From contig QPMI01000525.1 in the NCBI GenBank assembly GCA_004431415.1, forward strand, positions 1-64,000: a stretch of DNA of 64,000 nucleotides, in the 5' to 3' direction. Made by a program: the position numbers and the translations under genes. Origin of the DNA: Cyanophora paradoxa CCMP329 (Eukaryota; Plantae; Glaucophyta). Below the pieces are notes generated by a model. It searched no databases, was not told the DNA's origin, and worked only from the letters and a program-made list of their open reading frames with translations. This document shows, piece by piece, positions 47,264 to 61,100 of this stretch; the stretch's first letter is position 1, and every line of letters begins with the position of its first letter.

Positions 47264-49877
47264 CTAGCGGTGCAGAGGAGTGTGGTACTGGTGCGCGCCA
47301 TGCGCGGCGGCCGGGGCGAGCGGCTGCCCTATCGACGCAAGCAACTCCAGCATGTCCGCATCCACGCGCAGCTCGTTCACGGTACCCCCCTCCTCCGGGA
47401 TGGGGTACGGGTCTTCGAGGGGGGGCGGCCCCTCCAGATGTTGAGGCGCCGGCGTCGCCTGCACCGAGGAGGAGGACGAGGCGGCCGCCGGCCCCGCCGG
47501 CTGGGGCCTGGGGTACGCCAGCTGGGAGGGCGTCGGTACCCCCCGCGGCGTGCTCGACGCGCTCTGCGTCTGCGACGGCTGCGCCCCCTCAGAAAAAGAA
47601 AGGGGAAAGGAAGGAACGGACGGGGGAGGACCTGGCGGCGGGGGGAGAGCTGGCCGCCGGAGGCCGCGGCGCGCTTCTCGAGGCCCATGATGTACAGCCG
47701 CTCGTGGATCGGGGCGCTGTCCGCGCGCTGCAGGTTCTTCGAGTGCTCGTTGATCTCGGGCGTGAAGCGCTCTGCGGCGGGGGCGAGGAGCCGTCGTCAT
47801 TGGGAGCGGCGGGGGCGGCGGCGGGGCCAAAGAGCTGGGAGCGCGTACCCCTCGCCTTCTGCTCCTCGAGCCTCTGCTGCCGCTTCTGCTGCTTGATGTG
47901 GTAGCTGGGAGGGGGAATGAGAAGGTCAGGGGGTACAGGGATTCCGTGCGGAGGGGGTACGTCGCGGCGCACTCGGCGAGCAGGCGGTCCTCCACCGGCA
48001 GTTCCTGGATCTCCTGCCCCCGGCTGGCGATCTAAAAAAGGCACCACGGGGTCGGCCCGTGGGGTACGGTGCGAGAAGGAAGGGGGTAGAAGCGCACCAG
48101 GCGCGACCGGTAGTTCAGGGAGGGCTTGAAGACGAGCGGCGCGGCCTCCTTTGCCTCCTTCTCGGCGCGCGCGCGCTCGATCTTTTGCTTGCGCTCCTCG
48201 TCCCACCGCTGCCAGTCCTTAGCTGTGCGCGCCATCTGCTTCGAGCGCGCCGAGATCATCTGCGAAGGCGCCGGCGCCGTGAGCGGAGAGCTGGGAGATT
48301 GATGCGCCCGCCGGTCGCACCGGCGCCGGCCGCAGCTCGCAGAGCTCCCGCTCCTCGCGCTCCCTCCTGAGCCGGTCCATGCGCTCGGCCGTCGAGCGGA
48401 CGATCTCCTCGCGGAGAGAGTTGTGGTGCTCTGCCATCCGCCGGGACCGCGGGTTGATGCTCGGCGTCGGCTTCAGCTCCTTGACCTGCACGCCGCGTGA
48501 GAAGAAGGAGAAGAAGAGAGAGGGAGCCGGAGCGGGCGGAGCGGAGAGGGGCGGAGCGGGGCAGGCGGGGCGGGCGGGGAGGGCGGGGCGCGCGGCACCT
48601 CCTCCTCGTCCCGCTGCTTCCGCTGCTTCTCGAGGTGCGACTCCTTGCTCCGGGCGCTCCCGAGAAGCCTCGACGTGAGCTGCGTCATCTGCACCTCCCC
48701 CAGCGTCTTGCTGTTCTTCGGGTTCAGCTTTTCTCTGAGGATCTCCACCTTGGCGCGGCTGCGCGCGCGCGCGGGAGTTCTCAGCGGGCGGGGCGCGCGG
48801 AAGCGGGGGCCGGGCCGCGGGCGGCGCTCACTAGCGCTCGCCCTCGGCGATGAGGCGATCGGCGACGTCGTTGCCGGCCTGGTGCGAGGAGCCGGAGTGG
48901 CTCCGCGCGGACGACGTGGGGCTCCTCGCCGTCGGCGGCGGCGAGCGCCACGCGCGGGACGGCGAGCCCATCGACTGACCGAGCATCGCGCGCTGCGCCG
49001 TGAGGCTGCCTTTCCTGAGATTCGGGCTCCGCTTCGGAAGCTCGTCGACGCTCACGCGGATCCCGTTAACCTGCGCGCCGGGGTCGAGGGCGCTCGGAGA
49101 GACTGAACAGGGCGGGCGGCGTACATCGACGTGCTCGCGGTCGTCCCCGTCGTCGTCGTCGAAGCGATCCTCCTCCTTATCGTCGGGAAGGCCGTGGCTG
49201 ATGCCGCGCATCTCGGGGACTGACTGGGCCACCGAGCTGCCCCGGGACCGCCGAAGAGATGCGCGTGGGCTGGGCGTTACCGCCGCTTCTACGGAGCTGC
49301 CGCTGGACGCCAGCGGCTTGCCGGGAGATGGCATTGCTAGCACCGAAAAGTCGATCGGCTTCGTAGGGGACTCCGCGCGGATCGGCGCTGGCGCGCTGGC
49401 TAGCGGAGGCGGAACGGCCGAAGTGAAGGGCGCAGGGCCCGGCTTGGAGGAGGGAAAGGAAGAAGAGGAAGACGTTGGCCGCAACTCAGAAGCCTCGTCG
49501 GGCGACCGCGGCCTTGGCCTCGCGCCCGGAAGGTCTTTCCCGATGAGTGGGCGGACGGCTTCCGGCGAAGACTGGCCGATTTCCGCCGAGATGCGAAGAT
49601 CCCGTCCAGAAGTTGGACCAGAACTGATATCGCCGTCCGACATGTTGTGCTCCTTCATCATGCGGCTAATCTGCGAGGCGAAGTTCATCGATAAGCGCGG
49701 CCTCTCTTCGAGCATCCAGCAATCAAGGCCCAACAGCCCAAACCTGCTTAGAGAGCTTCTCGATAATGCCGAAAGTGCTCGTAAGCGAAGAGGCCTGCTC
49801 GGTGGCGTCGAGCAGGCCCTGCTCCGTCTCGCCTGGGGCCCGCTGAGTGACCGGGAGCTCTTCTGCGTGCTCGCCAT
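47264..49877 (-). CDS. Low-complexity/coiled-coil protein with FxPxIN-type repeats (putative cytoskeletal)
   Basis: MASTQKSS start; Ser/Pro-rich first exon; repeats PTPSINPRSRRMA, FKPSLNYRSR, FTPEINEHSKNL; GT/GC-AG introns. Function is inferred. Confidence 0.65.
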
Positions 49878-50081
49878 GCGGCTGGTATCTCGCTGGACCT
49901 CGGCCGTTCGCGTGCAGGGCTCGGTCGGAGTCGGGGTGAGGAAACGACGAACGCGAGCGCATCGCTGCCGGGGAACGCAGCCGACTGCTTTCCCGCGCCC
50001 GCGTCGAAGGATTCGCAGCCGATCGGAGCCCGCCCGCGATGTTCGCAAACTGTTGCCCGGGTACACGATCGCCGTCAAGGG

Positions 50082-52986
50082 ATGCGGACGGCGCTTGTGA
50101 GGCTGGCCCGGGGTGCGTGGCAGCCGCGCGCGGCGTTCATTGTCTGCTATCTGATCGTGTGGTCGCTCCCCTCGGCAGCGGCCGAGCCGAGATCAGTCGC
50201 TGGCTCGACGCGGCGACCCCGGGCGCGCGCGAATGCGGCCGGTGGAAAGAGGCCGTCTCCGAGGCGGCCTGCGCCCCCGCCGGATGCCGTGATCGTCGAC
50301 GCCATTCGAGAGATCGCACCAGTGCGCACCGCCGCCTTCCCTCCTGCCGCAAGACCGAGCGGCGCGCAGAGCCAGAGCGATCGGCTGGAGTCCAAGCAGA
50401 AGGCTCACATCCGAGCGGCCCTGCAGGCCGAGCGGGCGCAGCTGAAAGCGCGCCCGGCCGACGCCGATGCGGTGCTCATCCGGGCGCGCCGGAGGCGGGG
50501 CGCGCGCGAGCCGGAGGAGATCCCGGAGCTCACGGGCAGGGAAGAACCGCTGGAGCCGCCGCCCGCCTCTGCGTCCCTCGACGACGTGCTCCTGTGGATG
50601 TTCAACCGCGGGCTGCCGCTCCCCCGCGGCCTCGCGCAGCGGCCCGAGCGCTCGGCGGTGCAGCACAGGTACCTCCACCAGCGCAACGCGGCGGCCGCGG
50701 CGGCGATTGCGCGGCTGGCCGGCCTGGGCCGCGTCGACCTCGCGGAGCGCACGCTCGTCCTCCACATCGAGTGGCGGCTCCGGCCGCTCTTCCGCGTGCG
50801 GGGCGACCGGGAGCCGGCGCTCACCGCCGCGCCGTTCCACGCGTCTATGGAGGCTCACATGCGCGCGGGCGCGCCCGACAAGGCGCTGGAGGTGCACCGC
50901 CTCATGGTGCAGTACGGCGTTGCAGACCGGCCTCGGACGGTCGAGCTGGTGGCGCTTGCGCACGTGGAGGCGGGGGACGCGGAGGCAGCGATCCGGTTCG
51001 CGCGGCGCGCGGCAGACGCCGGCGTCCGACTGTCGCGCAACGGGCTGGCGAGGCTCGTGCGCGCGTGCGCGCGCTCGGGCGGCGGCCCCGAGCTCGTCGA
51101 GGCGGCCCTGGCGCTGGGCGGGGAGCCGGCGGCGCGGCACGCGCCGACGCTGATCGAGCGGATCGCGGCGGCTCGCTCCTCGGGCGAAATCGCGGACCTG
51201 GTCTCCGGCGTCCCCGGCGCCGACCGGCCCTCGGAGAACCTCGGCCGCGCCGTCGTCCGCGCCTACGGCCGCGCCGGCGACGTGGCGGCCGCCGCGCGCT
51301 ACGCGCACCGCGCGGCGACGGACGCGGAGCGGGCGGGGCGGCCGCTGCCGCTGGGGGCCCACGCCGCACTCTACGACGAGTTCCTCCGCCTCTGCGCCGC
51401 CCGCTGCCTCCCCGCCGCCGCCGCCGGTGCCCTTGTAGAGCTCCGCAAACGCCACCTCCACCCCTCCAAGGAATCCTTCCGGTACCCCTCCCCCTCCCTC
51501 CCGCTTCGCCCCTCTCTTTCCCTGTACCCCCTTGCGCCGACCTCTTCCCCCAGGGCGCTCTTCCACATGGCCTCGGTGCTGTCGTCCCCCTCCGCCTCCT
51601 CCCCCTCCACCACCGCGGTGCCGTACCCCCCCCCCGCCCCCCCGCCCCCCCCCCCCCCCCCCCGAAACGTCTCCCGCCCGGATTCGAACCCCCTTTCCCG
51701 CGCAGTTCGCTGCGGGTCCCATCACCATCGAGTCCCTTTGGGTCGGGGCCGTCGCCGGTGAGTTCCAAGTCGGCCGTCCGGGGTACGGGAATGGTTCTCT
51801 TGTCTGACTCCCGCCTTCCAGCCGGCGTCGCCCGCCGGCCCGACGTGTACCGGGCTGCCGTCCACGCCGCCAGCGCCGCGCGCGACGTACCCGCCCTCCA
51901 GGTTCGCCCTACCCCCCCCCCCCCTCTTTCGTTTCTCTTTCGTCGGACTCGTGTTTCACGCTGGGCCGTTTCGCCGCAGCGGTTCCTTCGGGACCTCTCG
52001 CTCGACCCGGCGGGCCCGACGACGGGGGCGCACCCCTCGTCGCGCTGGGCCAGCGAGGGGGCCTCGATCTCGGCGGCGGGGCCCTCTGTGGCCTGGGAGG
52101 AGGGCGACCGGGCGCGCATCGTGGGCCGCATCGCCGCCGCCATGTGCCGGGCCCGGGACTTTAGGGCCGCCAAGCGTGCCATCGTCGGCGCCGGCCTCCA
52201 GGGCAACGAGCAGGTGATCCGTCTACCCCAGCTACTTTAACTTGAACTTTTAACCTAGCTACTTGAACTTCAACTTAACTTTTAACCTAGCTACTTTAAC
52301 TTGAACTTTTAACTAATTTTTAACCTAGCTACTTTAACTTTCACTTAACTTTTAAATCTAGCTACTTCCCGCTCGCTCTGAGCTTTGACTCTGCCAGGTG
52401 CTCGTGAGCCTGGTGAGGGGCCTGAACCGCGCCGAGGAGCTGGGCCTGGCCACCGAGGCCGTCGCGTACATGGCCGCCAACGGCGTAGCCCCCTCCAAGT
52501 CCGTCCCGCGTACCCCCCCCTCCACCAGTTCGAATTTGATCCGATTCGGAGCGCAGGTGCACGGCGGACGAGCTGCTGAGGCTCTGCGCACGGGCGCGCG
52601 AGGCGCGGCGGGACGGGCGGCGGGCCGACCACGTGCACCCCTCGAGCGAGCTGCGGCGGGCCGGGGTACAGGTCCCGAACGAGCCGGCGGACAAGCCGGC
52701 CGCCGGCTCGGACCCCGTCGGGCACGCGCTGTACACGCTGGAGGCGGCGGCGCGGCTGGGGGGCGACAGGGGCCGCCGCACGGCGGGGGACACTATCTCC
52801 TCGGCGGTCGTCGGCGCGGCGCTGAGGCGCGTGGGCGAGCTCATGGGCCTCGCCGACGACGCGGAGGCCGTCCGACGTCTGTTCGGCGGATCGGGGGGCG
52901 AGGCGGAGGAGGAGGGGGGGAAGGAGACGGGGGAAGGCGATGAGGGGAAGGGCCAGGGCGGAGGGGATGGCAAGGCGGCCTCGTAG
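50082..52986 (+). CDS. Degenerate pentatricopeptide-repeat (PPR)-like protein, possibly organelle-targeted
   Basis: Arg/Ala-rich N-terminus; PPR-like FHASMEAHMRAGAPDKALEVHRLMVQYGV, LARLVRACARSG, AVVRAYGRAGDVAAA, LVSLVRGLNRAEELGLATEAVAYMAANGV. Divergent from the upstream gene with ~200 bp between ATGs. Confidence 0.7.
52231..52368. repeat. AT-rich intronic minisatellite (~30-bp unit, core ttttaacctagctactt)
   Basis: 4-5 degenerate copies within an intron of the PPR-like gene. Confidence 0.8.
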
Positions 52987-53210
52987 GCGCTGAGGTGCTG
53001 CATACCTGTGTGGTTCTCTAGATCCGGTCCGTAGGTGATAGCTAGAGCAAGTAGCGGCACCTTGATTTCATTCTCTTCATTCGGTTAGCCTTGGCAAGGA
53101 AAAGCCTGTGGCTGGCATGGGGGAGGGGGGGGGGGGGGGGGGGGGGGGAGGAGGGGGCTGCGAGCGGGTGTCAATTCGCGTATCCCCCGGCCACGGCTCA
53201 CCAAGCGGTC

Positions 53211-53305
53211 GGCAGTTGCGGCAGTTCCGGCGGTTGCGGCAGTTGCGCATGCGGCGGTTGCGGCAGCTGCGGCAGTTGCGGCAGTTGCGGCAGTTGCGCA
53301 GCTTG
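53211..53305. repeat. 9-bp tandem repeat (GGCAGTTGC)n, ~10 copies
   Basis: Directly visible; intergenic. Confidence 0.85.
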
Positions 53306-53842
53306 CAATTGGGCCGGTAGCTTCGCGACGAGCGACATCGAACGCGCGGCGGACCGACGGCGGCTTCGCGATCCAGCTTCCGACCGCGTGCGGGCCACGG
53401 TGAGGCTTCGAATTCTCGTCCTGCCGCGCCGCAGAACCAGCGCTTACATCTGCGCTAAATCGCCCGGGTGGGACGCCGACCTACGGCGCCGCGGATGCAT
53501 ATGCATATGGATGACAGCTATATAGCTAGCTATAGCAGCGCACTTGCATATGCATGCGCGCATGCAAGTCATCTCCCGCTACGTTGACACGCTTCGCAGA
53601 TCGCCGCGCAGCGATCGTCGCCTGCAGCTGCGGCCTTCGCATGCGCACCGGCGCGCGCCCCGCACCGGCCGCGGCAGCTGCAGCGTAGCTGCAGTCGCAG
53701 ATCAGCAGAAAGCTTCCCGACGTTAAGGTGCATCCGCGCGCTGCCGGCCCCGCCCGCGGGGCGCCGCGCGCGCCGCCGCAATAGCCTGTTGGCGCTGGTT
53801 GACTTCCCGACAGCTGCAGGCGCCGGCGTTCCACAGCGACAC

Positions 53843-56800
53843 ATGGCCAGCTCAAGCGGAGGCTCGGAATTCGCGATCGGCTCCTCGAGCAGTTCTCAAT
53901 GCAATGCTCGAGCTCCGATCGATATCGATATCGCGACCCATGCAGCAGATCTCGACAACGCAGCAGCTGCAGCTGCATCGCTCGTTCCCCCACCAGCTGC
54001 AGCTGCAGCTGCGCATGCATGCGCAGCTCCAGCCCATGTCGTCATCGAGCTGTCATCGGACGAAGAAACGGCAGGCCATATGCATGGCCCGCCTAGGCCT
54101 GCCGCGCTCTCCAAAACGCTGGCACGTGCACCTACGTCGAGCGACAGGGAACAGCTGCAGCTAAAAGGTGTACGGCATTGCACTAAACGCGGCGACTTTG
54201 GCTTTGAGTTCCGGTGGCGCGGACAGTTCTCTGCCGCAGAATTCTTTTTCCCCCAGGTGTGTTCACAATCTTTCGCTCTTCATGATCAATGCGCCCGACG
54301 GTCATTCACAATCAACTCATAATCATTATTGCGTGCAGGCTGCGGCACGGTTTCGGGACCGCTGCATTCTCGTTGCGCAGTGGCTTGACCGGCGCGACAG
54401 GCGCACTGACGGGCCCTCGGACGCCGACCTCAGCTATGACCGGCGCGAGTACGAGGGCGACCCGCTCTTCGCGAGGCTGGAGGAAGGAGCGCTGGACGGG
54501 ATCGATGTTGCGGACAGCCGGCAGCTCAAGCAGGCGGTGAGGGTTTTGGTGCAGCGCTGGACGGAGCCAGTCCAGCCAGAGTCAGAGGGTGCGTCGGAGA
54601 GAGCTCGAGGGGTGGCAGACAACGTAAAAGATATTGAGCCCGTGGCGGCAGCAGGCAGCGCAAATCCGCAGCAGGAAGGGCCGCTCCCGAAGGGTTTGAG
54701 ATGGACAAACGACCAAGGGCGCTATCGACTGTACATTTCATTCCCTTGGCGTGGCCGTGCGTTCATTGCTTCCGGATTTGGCTTGGAAAGATTTGCAGCT
54801 GTGGTATGAACCCCTCCACACCTAGCCTGACTTGCAGTGTTGGGTTTAAATTTAAATTGGGGCGGGCGCAGGAGACAGCTGTGCGGTTTCGGGACCGCTG
54901 CATCCTCGTTGCGCAGTGGCTCGACCGGCGCGACGGGCGCACCGACGGGCCCTCCGATGCCGATCTCAACCGCGAGCGGAGCGAGTACGAGGGCGACCCG
55001 TTCTTCATCAAGCTCGAGGAAGGAGCGCTGGACGGGATCGATACGGGGGACATTCTACGGTTGTTTCCCGCGGTCAGGACTCTGGCATGGCGATCGACTG
55101 CGGCGGTCGATGGCAAGACGAGAGGTGGCAAGAAGTCTGTCAAGAAGCGCTGGGGCTCCAAGATGGTTAAGGCAAAGTCAAGGCCCACTGCGGAAGAAGT
55201 TCTGCGTGCGCGCTGCACCGCACCGCATCGCCCGTGAACCGCTCTCTAAGTCTGAAGGCCGTGCACAGATTTCATGCAGACAAGGTGGCGAGACTTGGTA
55301 AAAGTTCCGGTGACTTTTCAACACTTTGTTTTCTAAACACAGAGCAGAAATCTGAAAATCGCTCAGGTGAATCGCAAGCTCCTCCAGATGGCGTTTTGCA
55401 TTGTCAGAATCCGAAAGGTAAACTCTACCCCGTGGGTCTACGTGCGTGCTAGTATCCTTTCATTTATCTCTCAAATCAGGAAGCGCCTCTTGTGTACAGC
55501 ATCTTCCCAGGATACTATGTGACCGCCTTCTATCTGGATGAGAAGAAGGTGTCCTTTCTTGAAAATATTTTATTCCTGTCTTTTGCCTTGAATTGATTTC
55601 ACCTGTTCAAGCATTTGCGCGCGCTGCTGCGGGTCGTCTCGCCCCTCCTTCCATCGGTCGAGGAAGCTTGGCGCTTCCGGGACCGCTGCCGGATTGCATG
55701 GTGCGGACCTTGAGTTTGCACTGCTTAGAACTCGCCTCGCTTTCTCTAGCTTGTGCCAGGCGCACTGAGGAGACCAACAGGTCTGGCCCGGAGGGCCCCG
55801 CAAGCCCGGGCGACGCACTCAACTTCCCGTTGAAAGGCGCGTGCTCGTTATAACTAATTTACGGATTCACTCTGCTAACTATCGCCTTTAAATTACTCAG
55901 AATACAAGAACGAGTCGTTCTACAGGAAGCTGTTCACTGGCCCGGAAGCGAAACGGCCCCCTATCGGAGGCAACGATCCCGCGTACGTGTCCGCCCTATA
56001 AATATGTGCCCCGGCCCCTCAGCAATATTCGATCAACCTCGGGGCTTGTCTGTAGGCGGCAGTCGAACCATTTGAGGGTTATGGGGGCTGTGGCGCGGGT
56101 GGTCACGTTCGTGGCGGAAGAATCAGGTGTCGTGGAGGTGCCCGACTTGCACTGCAGCCGATCTCGCCCCACACATAGCGTTATCGATGCACGCTGATGT
56201 CGACTTTGTTCAGGAGGGCGCGCCAGATGGCATGGACGAAGAAGAGGACGAGGACCTCGACGAGAAAGACGAGGAAGATATAGGCGAGGAGGAGGAAGAG
56301 GAGGAGGATGAGGAGGATGAGGAGGAGGAGGGCGAGGAGGAGGGCGAAGAAGAGGACGAGGAGGAGGCGGAGCTCGAGCCGGGCCCGGCACCGGAGGCGG
56401 CGCGAAAGAAACAGCGCCGCTGCAGCACCTGCACGTGCAACGACTCGGTGGGAAATTCAAACAGCGGAGGCATGTCGTCGAGCTCGATTTTGCGTGCGCA
56501 TTTTACCGCTTTCGATTGCACTGTTATTCGCGCAATTCTATCATCGAACTAATTCGGTTCAGGTGCAGCCATTCCAGCGCCCGTGCATGCGCCGGCGCCA
56601 CTGGAGCTGGCTGCCCCAGCACGCTCTAGATTTAGCACGCTGCCTCCGGCGACCTCTGAGTCGAGTTCGAACGTTTCTGGATCAGGTGCAGCCGTTCCAG
56701 CGTCAGCACAGGTTCCGCTGGAGCCGGCTGCAGCCGTCCCCGCAGGCCCCATGGCCATGGCCAGCTCGAGCTTGCCGCCCCCGGCTGCCTCTTCAAGCTC

Positions 56801-57531
56801 GAGCTCGAGCTCGGTCCCCGCGCCCGACCCGGCGAGAGTGCTCGAGTGGCCCTTTCCAGTGGCTCTGGAGTGGCTGCGCCGAACGTTCTTCCTCTCGGAG
56901 GCATCCCCCGAGTGCGCACTCTGGATTCTAATCTGTTTGGTTTTAATTCGTGATGGCACAGTGTGCTGCCTCCTGAAATAATTATTACCCGTACAGGCTG
57001 CAGTGCCTGCGGCGGCTGGCGCTGACGGGGCGGGCGCTCCTGATGCGGCCGGCGGAGGCGCTGCGGGGCCGGCTGCTGGAGAAGCGGCGGGAGCTGTACC
57101 CCGACGCCGGCCTCGACCTCGTCGACGCCCTCGACGCGGTCCTTGACGCCCTTGACGGCGAGGTGCGCGCGAAATTAAAGCTTTCCGCAAAAACCGACTC
57201 GCAATAACTGACTTACCGCAAGCATCATGACTAGCGATCGCGATTGCCCATGCAAACCGTGACCGGTTGGACTCTCGCAGGTTGGGCTCTTGGTCCAGAA
57301 TGCGACACAGCGGTGCGAAATCGTGACCTCATTTTGATCTTCCCATTTGTCCCTGGGGCGCCTTCTGAATTTCGCTTTCTGAATTTCGCCCTCAGGTGCG
57401 GGGACCCTGCGGTCGCTGCCGAGATTCACAAGCTCCACGCGCTGAGCCAGCGCTCCGCCGCCGGCCGCGAATCCGGAGCTCGCGGCCCTCAAGATCGCAC
57501 GGAGCCCATTGCAGTTTCGCATTATGTCTGA
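53843..57531 (+). CDS. Protein with three divergent AP2/ERF-like repeats and an acidic tract (putative transcription factor)
   Basis: Repeats: KGVRH...|AAARFRDRCILVAQWL...LSYDRREY; KGLRW...|ETAVRFRDRCILVAQWL...LNRERSEY; DGVLH...VEEAWRFRDRCRIAW...ALNFPLKEY (compare AP2 EEAARAYD...LNFP). Poly-E/D at 56234-56370. Phase-consistent exons run to TGA 57531. Confidence 0.6.
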
Positions 57532-58123
57532 AAAGCGTGCCGGTTTCAGGGTCCCGCGGTTGCACACGCCATGTGAGTCATCTAGGGCGTGTGACATTAT
57601 GAATATATATATTGTGCATTCGAACCATCATGAGCTATTCGAAACAAAATTGTGAGCAACAGGTTTCCACTTTAAGCGCTAATTACATCAGATATCCCTC
57701 GAAAACCCCGCTTTCAACGCCGGATCCGGAGGCCCAGTATGTCTGAGAAAGCTTGCAGGCTTCGTATGCCCTATGGACTATATATAGAGCGGTGGCGCAG
57801 CTGCAACTACTAGGTACACGGGCTATAGGCTAGATCTGAAGGCCCTCGAGCTCACGCATTGCTCAGTCATGATCACTGAGTGCACAATAGCTGCGTCTCA
57901 AATTAAATATTTTATTTCCTTGCGCGTGCATGTGTGTCCGAACAAATCGTTCGAATTCGAATTATACAGCTATCCTCCAGCTATCGATATCCTGTTCGAA
58001 TTGAAGATTATGCGAGTACATGCACGCCCATCTAGATCCCCGCGGCCCATGGCCAGCGCCATTATTCATGATCAGGATTATTAACATTTACCGTTGCAAT
58101 TGCGCAAATCGCGATATGCATGA

Positions 58124-61100
58124 TCAAGTGCCGGTGCCGACAGGGTGTGATTGGAGGAGTGAAGGCGCATGCTCTTCGATCGTTGCCAGGAGGACGTTCT
58201 TCCGGAGTGGCCTAGAAAATGAGTGAAGGGCGATGAGAAAAGGGGCGCTGCAAGATTGAATATTTAAATTGTATTTGAAAAGTACGGAGCGCACTTCAAG
58301 AGGACTCCGTTCATGCCCACCTCCGTGCAGCGTCCCACGCCCTCTCCGACGGCGTTCGCCGTCTACACGTGCAATGCGTAAGTTGCAGTGAGATTTCGAA
58401 TTCTGGACGTCGACTGCGGCCGGCAGCACGCACGAGGGCGAGGATGGCAGAGGGCGGACCGTTCGTAAGCCCACCCGCCTCCTGCAGCATTCTTTGATCA
58501 GTGATCTGGAGTGCATGTGCGCTGTATATATAACTTTTGCAAGCGTCAGCACGTCGCAGTTTCTCACTACACACAATCAAAATATTATGTAAGCTTACGA
58601 TCCGACGATGGAGGCATCGACTCTAGATTTTCGAGTCCTATATGTACAAGGTCTCATTTGCCGCACCAGCTCTCGGATCTCCCGTGTGGCATCGATCCCT
58701 CCCAGGACCGGCATCTGCGGGCCCGCGGCGAGGGACGGTCGTTGAAATTTAAAAAGCGGATCGATATCCGGATTATAATCAGTGCAGACATTGAATTTAG
58801 AGTTAACGGCGCCTGTAGCCGAATCGAGCTTAAATGTCCATGGGAGCTTAAGCTTCAGCCAAGCGTAAAAGCTCTGAGATTCGCAGATCTAGACCTAAAG
58901 CGTAAAAGCGTAAAAGGTATCTGCGATCTGCTCTAGGCCTAGAAGTGAAAGTTCACATCGCGATCGATATTGCCTACGGCAGGATACTAGTGCGGAGACT
59001 CCGCCTAGATAATTTTTCTCTGTTCTTCTTGCAATTGTTCCACGACTTCCCCGATATCGATTCCCGGATTTCCGGAGCCAAATTCAAGGGCCGGCGCCCT
59101 CTCGAGGGCGGAGCGGACCTCGAGGTCCATGAGGATGAATGCAGACAGGGAGATTAATATTATATATAAGGAACTTGTAGCCGAATCTCTTTGTTATCTA
59201 TAAGGAATTTCTTATAGTTCTAGTGAACTTGACAGCGCGGGCCTCGAGGTCCATGAGGATGAGGGCGAAGGGCGGGGCCCCCGCCGCCGCCCGCCCCCGC
59301 ACCGCCTCCACCGCCTGCGCGCGCGATTTATTCCCGGAGTCGCGTCAACGTTCCCAGCGCGAATTGATATCGTTCCCACGGCCAGGCGGGCTTGAGCTTT
59401 GGATGCAAAGCAGTGCTGGCCCGGTGGAGGCGCGCAGCTGGACAGCCGCTGCTCCGTTCCAGAAGCGCTAGCTTTGGCGCCCCTAGATAGATAGATATTT
59501 TTTCCATGATCTTCTTAGATTTTTATACAGGCCATAGGTATATATATAAATATATATTCTTCGTTAGATAGATGGGAACGTTAGCTGCCGCATGCGCACC
59601 GCGCGACCGTGGATGGCCGTCGCGGAGGGGAAGCCGGCCTTGGCAAGCATAGAAGAGACCACTTTGCGGCTGCAGGGGGCGCGGGGAGCGCAAACGGGGG
59701 CGCACGCGCGCCTCCGTCAGCGGATCGGAGGGGGAGGCGGGCCGGAAACTCAAGGGCGGGTGACCCTCACTTCATATCCACGTCATCAACAACGCTGCCG
59801 TGCCGAATATTAATCGAAGGTGATTCAGAGAGAGGGGTGAGAGTAAGAGATCTAGAATGCGCATATCTCGTTGTTAACGTTTCTGTAATGATATAAGAGC
59901 TATAGATGGACGGCACATGCACGCACAGCACTCCAGGAGCGGCGGGCGCCGCCGCAGAGGGCGGCGCGGGCGGCTCCGGAGGAATTGAAGCCCCCGTATC
60001 CGTCGCGGATTTCGGAGCGGCGGCCGCATTCTGCGGTGCGAGCGCGTCGGATGGCGCCGGTGCGCCCCAACGCACTTTCGGTTTGGGGGCTTTGCATACG
60101 TCAGCTGCAGCCGGAGCCTCCGGCGGCAGCGGCGGCGGTGGTGGCGGCTGCGCCGGCTGCGCAGTAACCGCTGCAGCTCGTCCTGCGCGTGCACGAGGAT
60201 CAAATCGTTGGGTCCGGAGCCCGGATCCGCTGCGCATGCCAAGCGCCGCCCTCGCGGCAGCGTGGGTCATTAGTATTAAATATTGCCACATGCGCACCGC
60301 CTTCGACCGGCGCCTCTCGGTCCGATGCCGAGTTTTCAGCTGCAGCTGGCTGGCCGGAAGTTCCTGCAGCTGCAATTTGTTCCGGGCTTTCCGGGATTTC
60401 CTGCAGCTGGCCATGGGGCCCTGGCCATGGGATCGGGGCCGAGGGGCCGGCGCCGGCGCCCTCGCGATCGGTCCCGGGAGCGCTGCAGCTGCCCGCAGCC
60501 ATCGCGCTTCCCTCCGCTTCTTTCTCTGTCGGACGGCGCACGAGCTCGACCTCGCGCACGCGTGCCATCTGGAGCGTCCATTGGTCGGAAATGTGGAAAT
60601 TAAATGTGGTAGGGTCGACGACGGGGCGCACCGCCCGACGAACGGCGGCCGCGGTGGCGCAGAGGGCGGCCCCCAGCCTGTGGAGGCGGACCGGCTTCGC
60701 GAGGCGGACGACGTGGAGGGCCGCGCGCTCGGCCTCCGACGTCGACGAGGCCGCGGACGGCGCCGCCGCCGGCGCCGCCGCCGAAGGACGCCGACCCTCG
60801 CGATCGTCGCTTTGCCGGCGGCTCTCCCGCCTCGCACGCGGCACAGGTGCCGTCAGCCGCAGGAGCCCGAAAGGGCGACTGCGCGCGCGAGCAGGACCGT
60901 CGGCATTGCAAGCTTAAATTTACGCGCGATTTCGAATTCGAGATCGAAACTCAAGCGTCGAATGAAGTCGACCGCGCACTTTTCTGCGGCACGCAGTAGA
61001 TCGTCGTCCGGTGTCGAGGCGTCCGCGAGCAACACGGCAGCCGCTGCTCCCGTCGAGACGGCGAACGCGTTGGGGTCCGCCTCGCACGGCCAGCCCAGGC

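Noticed and set aside
50039-52240. Very long ORFs such as 733 aa (50039-52240), 511 aa and 496 aa
   Set aside because: Shadow or antisense frames of GC-rich coding exons; Arg/Pro/Gly-rich with no motifs.
53091-53525. Metallothionein-like GSCGSC ORF
   Set aside because: Translation of a 9-bp tandem repeat with a non-ATG start and no gene context.
57175-57597. 140-aa minus-strand ORF as a separate gene
   Set aside because: Antisense to the last two phase-consistent exons of the AP2-like gene.
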